64,000 nucleotides of DNA from Acidimicrobiales bacterium (GTDB taxonomy: Bacteria; Actinomycetota; Acidimicrobiia; Acidimicrobiales; VFJN01). The stretch's first letter is position 1. Each line of letters begins with the position of its first letter. The stretch spans positions 3,085 to 67,084 of the forward strand of contig JBJMHD010000146.1 in NCBI GenBank assembly GCA_045807565.1, in the 5' to 3' direction. The notes beneath the pieces were generated by a model. The model saw only the letters and a program-made list of their open reading frames with translations, ran no database searches and was not told the DNA's origin. Positions 27,278 through 34,520 of this stretch are shown piece after piece. The translations under genes and the position numbers were made by a program.

Positions 27278-28261
27278 GTGTACAGGTTGCGGTTCGACAT
27301 GCGGGCCCCGGGCAGCACCGCCGAGCAGCGGGCGCACCTCTACGAGACCGCCCTCGAGATGTCGGCCTTCGTCGACGAGCGGGGCGGCTGCCAAGCCATC
27401 GCGGTGTCCGAGCACCACGCGTCCGCCGATGGCTACCTCCCGTCGCCGTTCACCATGGCCGCCGCGATCGCGGCGGTCACGAGGAGCGTGCCGATCATGG
27501 TCGCCGCTGCGCTGCTCCCGCTGTACGACCCCGTGCGCATGGCGGAGGAGATGATCGTCCTCGACCACCTGTCTCGGGGGCGCGTGATCCACATCCTGGG
27601 CATCGGCTACCGGCCCGTCGAGTACGAGCTCCACGGCGTCGACTACCGCCGTCGTGGCGCCATCGCCGACGAGAAGCTCGCCGTCCTGCTCGCCGCGCTC
27701 CGGGGGGCCGGCGGCGACGGCGCCCACGTCACGCCAGAGCCCTTCACCAGCGGGGGCCCGATGGTCGTGTGGGGCGGCACCACGAAGAAGGCGGCGGAGC
27801 GAGCGGGCCGCAACGGGCTGGGCTTCATCGCGCAGTCGGGCGATCCCGCCCTCGGCCCCGCGTACGAGGGCGCGGCATGCGACGCTGGTCACCAACCGGG
27901 CCTCTGCATCCTGCCGAGCCCTGACACCCCGGCGTCGGTGTTCGTCGCCGAGGACGTGGACGACGGCTGGGCGGAGCTGGGCGAGGCCCTCCTCGCCGAT
28001 GCCAGCGCGTACTGGGCGTGGAACGAGGCAGCCGGGCTCACCGACGCGACCGTGTCGCTCACCGCGGGCTCCACGGTCGAGGCGCTGCGGGCCGCCCACG
28101 GCTCCCATCGGGTCGTCACCGTCGACGAGGCGGTGGCGCTCGTGCGCCGCGACGGCGCCCTCGGCCTGCAGCCGCTGTGCGGCGGCCTGGACCCGGCCGT
28201 GGCATGGCCCTACCTGCGGCGTGTCGTCGACGAGGTGGTCCCGCTCGCCTCCGCCGGATGA
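27278..28261 (+). CDS. LLM-class (luciferase-like) flavin-dependent oxidoreductase
   Basis: GTG start. The SEHH segment and TIM-barrel-like pattern are typical of the LLM family. Confidence 0.7.
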   Translation: MYRLRFDMRAPGSTAEQRAHLYETALEMSAFVDERGGCQAIAVSEHHASADGYLPSPFTMAAAIAAVTRSVPIMVAAALLPLYDPVRMAEEMIVLDHLSRGRVIHILGIGYRPVEYELHGVDYRRRGAIADEKLAVLLAALRGAGGDGAHVTPEPFTSGGPMVVWGGTTKKAAERAGRNGLGFIAQSGDPALGPAYEGAACDAGHQPGLCILPSPDTPASVFVAEDVDDGWAELGEALLADASAYWAWNEAAGLTDATVSLTAGSTVEALRAAHGSHRVVTVDEAVALVRRDGALGLQPLCGGLDPAVAWPYLRRVVDEVVPLASAG

Positions 28262-28274
28262 GAACACCGTTTCC
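28260..28274 (+). promoter_or_regulatory. GAGAA-N5-TTTCC box (GAGAACACCGTTTCC)
   Basis: It starts inside the TGA of the LLM gene, 26 nt upstream of the ACAD pair ATG at 28300. Confidence 0.3.
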
Positions 28275-28299
28275 GAAAAGCGAGTAGCCTCTTCTCACC

Positions 28300-29439
28300 A
28301 TGCTCCTCCAGCCCGACCGCGACCAGGAGTCCTTCCGCGACACCACCGGGCGCTTCCTCGACCGCCACGTGCCCGCCGGCGAGGTGCGGCGGCTGCGCGA
28401 CGACCCCGCCGGGTTCGACCTCGCCTACTGGCGCCAGGGTGCCGAGCTCGGGTGGACCTCGCTGCTCGTCGACGAAGCCCACGGCGGCGGCAGCATCAGC
28501 GATCGCGGCCTGGTCGACCTCACCCTCGTCGCCGACGCCTTCGGACGCCGCGCCGCACCGGGCCCGCTGATCCCCGCCAACCTCGTCGCCCACGCCCTGA
28601 GCGCGGCGGGCCACGACACCACTGGTGGCGTGCTCGACGACCTCCTCAGCGGCGCGGGGGTGGCCACGTGGGCGCTGTCCGAGCGGCAGCCGGGCGCGGC
28701 CATGGGCTCGCCCAGCCTGCAGGTCTGGAGCGACGGAGCCGAGGTGGTGCTCCGCGGCGAGAAGCGTCCCGTGGAGTCCGCCGACCGTGCCGACCACCTC
28801 CTGGTCACCGGCCGCACCGACGACGGGCTCACGCAGGTCCTCGTGCCCCGCGACTCGGCGGGCGTGTCCGTGGCGCCCATGCGCACGGTCGACCTCACCC
28901 GACGGTTCTCGGTGGTCACCTTCGACGACGTGCGCGTACCGGCGAGCGCCGTCGTCGGCGCGCTCGGCCAGGCTCGCGCCCAGGTCGAGCAGCAGGCACG
29001 CATCGCGATCGTGCTCGCGTGCGCCGAGTCGGTGGGCGCCATGCAGGCTGGCTTCGACCTCACCGTGGCATGGGCGTTCGACCGCTACTCGCTGGGCCGG
29101 CCGCTCGCCTCGTACCAGGCGCTCAAGCACCGCTTCGCGGACATGCTCTCGTGGCTCGAGGCCAGCCACGCCGTGAGCGACGAGGCCGCCGTCGCGGTGG
29201 CCGATGGCTCCTCCGACGCACCCGAGCTGGCGAGCGCCGCAAAGGCCTACGTGGGGCTGCACGGCACCGAGCTGCTGCAGGACTGCGTGCAGCTCCATGG
29301 CGGCATCGGCGTCACCTTCGAGCACGACCTCCACCTCTACCTTCGCCGCCACACCCTGAACCGGGTGCTCTACGGCTCGCCCCGCGAGCACCACCAGCGG
29401 CTCACCGACCTGCTCGAGGCCCGGGAGGCGGCGGCATGA
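28300..29439 (+). CDS. acyl-CoA dehydrogenase family protein (first of an overlapping pair)
   Basis: The C-terminal ACAD pattern is LHGGIGVTFEHDLHLYLRR. No YEG-type catalytic Glu is seen at the usual C-terminal position. Confidence 0.8.
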   Translation: MLLQPDRDQESFRDTTGRFLDRHVPAGEVRRLRDDPAGFDLAYWRQGAELGWTSLLVDEAHGGGSISDRGLVDLTLVADAFGRRAAPGPLIPANLVAHALSAAGHDTTGGVLDDLLSGAGVATWALSERQPGAAMGSPSLQVWSDGAEVVLRGEKRPVESADRADHLLVTGRTDDGLTQVLVPRDSAGVSVAPMRTVDLTRRFSVVTFDDVRVPASAVVGALGQARAQVEQQARIAIVLACAESVGAMQAGFDLTVAWAFDRYSLGRPLASYQALKHRFADMLSWLEASHAVSDEAAVAVADGSSDAPELASAAKAYVGLHGTELLQDCVQLHGGIGVTFEHDLHLYLRRHTLNRVLYGSPREHHQRLTDLLEAREAAA

Positions 29440-30686
29440 GCGACGAGCTCGAGACGCTCGACCACTTCCGGGAGCGCGCCCGGCGCTGGATCACCGACAA
29501 CCTGAAGCCCGTCGGCCGCGTGATGGTCTCGCTTCGCACCCTCCGCACCGACGAGGAGGAGCTGGCCGAGATCGCCCGCGAGCGCGAGGTGCAGCGGATG
29601 CTCTTCGACGCCGGTCTGGCGGGGATCTGCGTCCCCCTCGAGTACGGCGGTCAGGGCCTCACGCCCGAGCACCAGCTCGTGCTCAACGAGGAGCTCGATG
29701 GCTACGAGTTCCCGAGCCGATTCCAGGTCCCCACCTTCACGCCCTGCCTCGCCGTGCTGCTCGACTTCGGCACCGAGGAGCAGAAGCAGCGGCACGTCCC
29801 CGCCATCCTCCGGGGCGAGGAGCTCTGGATGCAGTTCCTCTCCGAGCCGAGCGGCGGCTCCGACGTCGCCGGCGCCCTCACCTCCGCGGTGCGGGACGGC
29901 GACGAGTGGGTGCTCAACGGCTCGAAGGTGTGGACCACCGGCGCGTGGTGGTCCGACTGGGGGCTGTGCCTGGCTCGCACGAGCTGGGACGTCCCGAAGC
30001 ACCGCGGTCTCACCGTGTTCATGCTCCCGATCCGCCAGGAGGGCGTCGAGGTGCACCGCATCGAGATGCTGAACGGCAACAAGGAGTTCTGCCAGGAGTT
30101 CCTGTCCGATGTGCGCGTGCCCGACAGCGATCGCATCGGCGAGGTGAACGACGGCTGGACCGTCGGCACGCGGTGGATGTTCCACGAGCGGATGCTCTTC
30201 AACTCGCCCCTCGTGACCTTCCCCGTGGGCACCATGCGAACGGGTGACGAGTCGCTGCTGGCCCTCGCGCGCGACGCCGGGCGCGACCAGGATCCGATCG
30301 CACGCGACCTCATCGGCGAGGCCCGCGCCCACGAGCTCGTCGGCGACGCCCTCCGGCGGCGGATCGCCCTGGGCGTCACCACCGGCGCGCTGTCACAGCA
30401 GGCGGCGGCGGTCGCTCGCCTCTGGGGCGGCGTCGCCCACACGCGACGGGCCACGATCGCCCTCGAGCTCGCCGGCGACATCGGCGGCGCGTGGCTGCCG
30501 GAGGACGGCCTCCCCACGGTCGCGGCCGACGACTTCCTGATGCGCCAGGTCTCCTGCATCGGCGGCGGCACCACGGAGATGGCTCGCAACGTGATCAGCG
30601 AGCGCGTCCTCGGCATGCCGAGGGAGCGGACGCTCGATCGAGACGTGCCGTTCCGCGACGTGCCCCGGTCCGCACCATCGAGCTGA
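29436..30686 (+). CDS. acyl-CoA dehydrogenase family protein (second of the pair)
   Basis: The ATG overlaps the upstream stop (ATGA). It has LSEPSGGSDVAG and a C-terminal IGGGTTEMARN. Confidence 0.8.
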   Translation: MSDELETLDHFRERARRWITDNLKPVGRVMVSLRTLRTDEEELAEIAREREVQRMLFDAGLAGICVPLEYGGQGLTPEHQLVLNEELDGYEFPSRFQVPTFTPCLAVLLDFGTEEQKQRHVPAILRGEELWMQFLSEPSGGSDVAGALTSAVRDGDEWVLNGSKVWTTGAWWSDWGLCLARTSWDVPKHRGLTVFMLPIRQEGVEVHRIEMLNGNKEFCQEFLSDVRVPDSDRIGEVNDGWTVGTRWMFHERMLFNSPLVTFPVGTMRTGDESLLALARDAGRDQDPIARDLIGEARAHELVGDALRRRIALGVTTGALSQQAAAVARLWGGVAHTRRATIALELAGDIGGAWLPEDGLPTVAADDFLMRQVSCIGGGTTEMARNVISERVLGMPRERTLDRDVPFRDVPRSAPSS

Positions 30687-30694
30687 GGGGGCAG

Positions 30695-31834
30695 GTGGTG
30701 GCCGAGCCGAGCACGCCGGTCCCGTACCGGGCCCGCGCTCGCCTGGGCGACACGGTGCTCGCCGACACCCGAGCTGCGACGCGCGTCGATCGCCCTGATG
30801 CCGCGCCCGAGCTGTGGTTCCCGCGCGGCGACGTCGTCGACGGAACCCTCGGTCGCAGCGGCACGGGGGCTCGCGCCGAGCAGGTGACCTTCGACCACGA
30901 GGAGGTGCACCTCGAGCTGATCGACGCGGCCCCCGGGGACGACGAGCGCGACATCACCGTGAAGCGGTTCCCGGTGTGGGGTGACGCCGCCGATCTCATC
31001 GACATCATCGACGTGCGGCCGAGCCGCGACGGCACGTTCGAGTCCGTCGTCCCCTGCTACGACTGGCGACGCCCCGTCGTCGAGGGCAGCCAGATCCTCG
31101 GGCAGTCGATCGTGGCGGCGTCCCGGCACGCTTCGAGCCGGCGGGTGGTGGCGGCGTCGATGGTGTTCCCGCGGCCGGCCGACGCACGCGACCCCTATGC
31201 CATCGGGCTCGACGAGGTGACCGGCGGCCGGACCTTCACCGCGCTGCGGGCCGAGGCCACCCAAGGAGGCCGCACCTGCGCCTTCGGAACCCTCCTGCTC
31301 GACGTCACGGCGCCCGACGTGATCCGCCACGCCGACCCGCCGCCACCGGTCCCGGGTCCCTACGAGTCGCCGCCCTACGACATGTCGGTGACGGGTCGGG
31401 ACCTGCGCATCGTCGACGACGCGTACACGGGCGACCCGGACGCGCCCGCTGGGCCGCCGGTGCTCGACGCGTGGGTGCGGTTCCGCGAGGTGCCCGACGA
31501 CCCGCCGATCCACGCCGGGCTCCTCGCGCAGCTCACCGGGCACCTGTCGATCGCCGCTGCCCTCCGTCCGCACGCCGGGATCGGTCAGGACCAGGCCCAC
31601 CGCACGCTGTCCACCGCGATCAACGCCATCTCGATCTCGATCCACGGCGACGTCCGCGCCGATCGGTGGATGCTCTACCACCATCGGTCGACCTTCGCCG
31701 GCGACGGCATGACCCATGCCGAGTGCCGGGTGCACGACGAGGCCGGAGCGCTCCTGGCATCCTTCACGGTCGACGCCATGGTGCGCTCGTTCGCCGATCC
31801 CTCCTCCGCCGCCGACGACAGGACCGCGTTGTGA
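30695..31834 (+). CDS. acyl-CoA thioesterase II (TesB-like) with an N-terminal ~100-aa DUF427-like extension
   Basis: GTG start after a GGGGGCAG SD. The double hot-dog pattern is QILGQSIVAA ... GDGMTHAECRVHDEAGALLAS. The N-terminal segment LGDTVLADTRAATRV...ELWFPRGDV resembles the start of DUF427. Confidence 0.6.
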   Translation: MVAEPSTPVPYRARARLGDTVLADTRAATRVDRPDAAPELWFPRGDVVDGTLGRSGTGARAEQVTFDHEEVHLELIDAAPGDDERDITVKRFPVWGDAADLIDIIDVRPSRDGTFESVVPCYDWRRPVVEGSQILGQSIVAASRHASSRRVVAASMVFPRPADARDPYAIGLDEVTGGRTFTALRAEATQGGRTCAFGTLLLDVTAPDVIRHADPPPPVPGPYESPPYDMSVTGRDLRIVDDAYTGDPDAPAGPPVLDAWVRFREVPDDPPIHAGLLAQLTGHLSIAAALRPHAGIGQDQAHRTLSTAINAISISIHGDVRADRWMLYHHRSTFAGDGMTHAECRVHDEAGALLASFTVDAMVRSFADPSSAADDRTAL

Positions 31835-32526
31835 CCCTCACCTCCGCTCGAGGTCCGCTCGGCCCGGAGCCTGCCGGCCGGTTCTCTCCCCCGATCGCGC
31901 CCGGCACCGTGTACATCGAACCCCACCCCCGGCGGGTGAACGCCCTCGTCGGCGGGGAGGCCGTGCTCGACACCGAGGCGGCGCTGCTCGTGCACCGTCC
32001 CGCGTGTCCCCCGTCGTACGCGTTCCCCCGTGCCGTCGTCGGTGACCTCCCCCACGACGCCGTGCCCGAGGCGCCCGGCTACGTGCAGGTGCCCTGGGAC
32101 GCCGTGGACCGGTGGGTCGAGGAGGGGCGGACGCTCGTGCACCACCCGCCCAACCCGTACCACCGGGTGGACTGCCGGCCGACCACGAGGCATCTGCGCG
32201 TGGAGGTGGCCGGCGCGGTGCTGGTCGACACCGACGAGACGATCATCCTGTTCGAGACGGCTCTCGAGCCCAAGCTCTACGCGCCACGATCCGCCGTCCG
32301 GACCGATCTCCTGCGGCGCTCGCCGACGTCCACGTACTGCAGCTACAAGGGCGAGGCCACCTACTGGTCCGCCGCCGTCGGCGACACCGTCGTCACGGAC
32401 GTGGCGTGGAGCTACGAGGACCCCTACCCCGAGAGCACCGCCATCGGGGGGTGGTTCAGCTTCGACCCAGCCCGAGCCGACGTGATCGCCGAGCTCCCCC
32501 AGCCGTCAACGTTGGCCGAGGGCTAG
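31831..32526 (+). CDS. DUF427-domain protein (apparently two tandem copies)
   Basis: The GTG overlaps the upstream stop (GTGA). The second copy has the hallmark TYCSYKGEATYWS ... DVAWSYEDPYPES. Confidence 0.7.
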   Translation: MTLTSARGPLGPEPAGRFSPPIAPGTVYIEPHPRRVNALVGGEAVLDTEAALLVHRPACPPSYAFPRAVVGDLPHDAVPEAPGYVQVPWDAVDRWVEEGRTLVHHPPNPYHRVDCRPTTRHLRVEVAGAVLVDTDETIILFETALEPKLYAPRSAVRTDLLRRSPTSTYCSYKGEATYWSAAVGDTVVTDVAWSYEDPYPESTAIGGWFSFDPARADVIAELPQPSTLAEG

Positions 32527-33800
32527 TAGACGCCGATCCCGGCCGCCTCGTTCTGCTGCTTCCACTCGGCCCGGGTCATGCGGGTGGTGTCCACCTGGCC
32601 CGCTTCGGCCCGCCTGCGCAGCGCGCCGACGGTGGCGTCCTGCCGCGCCGTGTGCTCGAACGGATCCCAGTCGAAGAACCGGCAGGCGTTCTCCCACGTG
32701 ATCTTGTGGATCTCCTCGTCGCTGCACCCCGCGCCCTGCAGCTCACCCCACGCGTGCTCGGGCGACTCGGGCCACGTCGTGTCGGTGTGGGGGTAGTCGC
32801 ACTCCCAGGCGATGATGTCGATGCCGATCCGGTCGCGGAGGGCGAGGCCGGACGGGTCGGTGATGTAGCAGGCGAGGATGTGGTCGCGGAACACCTCCGA
32901 GGGCAGCTTGCCGCCGAAGTCGTCGCCGCCGTGCAGCCAGGTCTGGTTCTGGACGTGGCGGTCGATGCGATCGAAGTAGAACGGGATCCAGCCGATCCCG
33001 CCCTCGGACAGGGCGACCCTCAGGTCGGGGAACTGGCGCAGCGTGGGACCGAACAGGAGGTCCTGCGCGGTGATGGCGCTGATCTGGCACGCCAGCACCA
33101 TGAGGTGGTCGATGGGCGCCTCCGGGGGTCGCTTGATGACCTCGAAGCCCGCACCGATGTGCAGGGAGAGCACCATCCCCTCGTCACAGATGGCCGCGAG
33201 CATCGGGTCCCAGTGGCCCGACAGGAAGCTCGGGAAGCCCTGCACGTGGGGCGTCTCGAGGAAGCTGATCGACCGACAGCCCTTCTTCCCGACCCGCCGG
33301 ATCTCCTCGACCGCCAGGTCGACGTCCCACATCGGGATGATGCCCTGGGCGATGAACCGGCCCGGGTAGCTGCCGCACCACTCGTCGATCGCCCAGTCGT
33401 TGTAGGCGCGCAGGGCGACCAGCGCGACCTCCTTGTCCCCCGCCTCGGTGAACGTGCGCGCGTTGAAGCCGGCCATCGTGGGGAAGTTCATCGAGCCGAG
33501 CACGCCGTTGGCGTCCATGTCGCGCACCCGCTGGTGCACGTCGAAGCAGCCGGGCCGCAGCTCCGAGTACGAGCCGGGGTTGAAGCCCCACTCCTCCCGG
33601 TTCCAGCCCACGGTCGCCGCCATGCCGAACGGCGTCGACGTCGCCTGGCCCTGGAAGTGCCACTCGTCGACGCCCGCGTCGTTGCGGACGACCTTGGGCA
33701 CGAGGTCGCGATACTTGTCCGGCACGTGGTTGTCGTACATGTCGGGCGGCTCGACCATGTGGTCGTCGATGCTCACCAGGATCATGTCGTCCATCTGCAT
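32523..33800 (-). CDS. amidohydrolase-2 family protein
   Basis: It has ILVSIDDHMVEPPDMY and a CDYPHTDTTWP segment. It is the last gene of the minus-strand ABC operon. Confidence 0.8.
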   Translation of the reverse strand: MQMDDMILVSIDDHMVEPPDMYDNHVPDKYRDLVPKVVRNDAGVDEWHFQGQATSTPFGMAATVGWNREEWGFNPGSYSELRPGCFDVHQRVRDMDANGVLGSMNFPTMAGFNARTFTEAGDKEVALVALRAYNDWAIDEWCGSYPGRFIAQGIIPMWDVDLAVEEIRRVGKKGCRSISFLETPHVQGFPSFLSGHWDPMLAAICDEGMVLSLHIGAGFEVIKRPPEAPIDHLMVLACQISAITAQDLLFGPTLRQFPDLRVALSEGGIGWIPFYFDRIDRHVQNQTWLHGGDDFGGKLPSEVFRDHILACYITDPSGLALRDRIGIDIIAWECDYPHTDTTWPESPEHAWGELQGAGCSDEEIHKITWENACRFFDWDPFEHTARQDATVGALRRRAEAGQVDTTRMTRAEWKQQNEAAGIGVY

Positions 33801-33824
33801 GGCTTGCTCCTCTGCGTTGCTCCG

Positions 33825-34520
33825 TCAGGGGGTCCCGGTGAGGTACGCCGCCTCGACCTTGTCGAGCTGGCCGGCCACCTCGGTGGCGGTGCCGCTCAGG
33901 ACGATGCGACCCCGCTCCATCACGTAGGCACGATCCGCGACCCCGAGCGCCCGGCGGACGTGCTGCTCCACCAGCAGCACGCCGACACCCTCCTGGTCGG
34001 CGGCGTCACGTACCGCTTGGAGCAGGTTCGTGACGATGATCGGCGCCAAGCCGAGCGACAGCTCATCGGCGAGGAGGACCTTCGGCGACCGGCCCAGGGC
34101 GCGGGCGAGCGACAGCATCTGCTGCTCTCCACCGGAGCACAGGCCCGCCCGACGGCTGAGGATCGCCTCCAGCGCCGGGAAGTGCTCGAAGGCTCGCGTG
34201 CGATCGACGCCCGCCAGCTTGAGGTTGTCGGCCACGGACATGTCCATGATCACCGAGCGCTCTTCGGTGACGTAGCCGAGCCCGTTGCGGCAGCGCACGT
34301 GCATCGGCGCGCGGGTCGCGTCGCCGAGGAAGCGGACCTCTCCCGCCATCGGCGCCAGCTCCCCGGCGAGCGTCAGGAGGGTGGTGGTCTTCCCAGCGCC
34401 GTTGGCGCCGAGCAGCGCGACCACCTCGCCGGCGTCGACGTGGAGGTCCACGTCGTGCACCACGGCGAGCTTGCCGTAGCCCGAGGAGAGGCCGGCCGCC
34501 TCGATGAGGGTGTCCGTCAC
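33825..34520 (-). CDS. branched-chain-amino-acid-type ABC transporter ATP-binding protein (LivF-like)
   Basis: The GTG overlaps the upstream stop (GTGA). It has Walker A GANGAGKTT, signature CSGGEQQML and Walker B LLADELSLGLAP. Confidence 0.85.
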   Translation of the reverse strand: MTDTLIEAAGLSSGYGKLAVVHDVDLHVDAGEVVALLGANGAGKTTTLLTLAGELAPMAGEVRFLGDATRAPMHVRCRNGLGYVTEERSVIMDMSVADNLKLAGVDRTRAFEHFPALEAILSRRAGLCSGGEQQMLSLARALGRSPKVLLADELSLGLAPIIVTNLLQAVRDAADQEGVGVLLVEQHVRRALGVADRAYVMERGRIVLSGTATEVAGQLDKVEAAYLTGTP

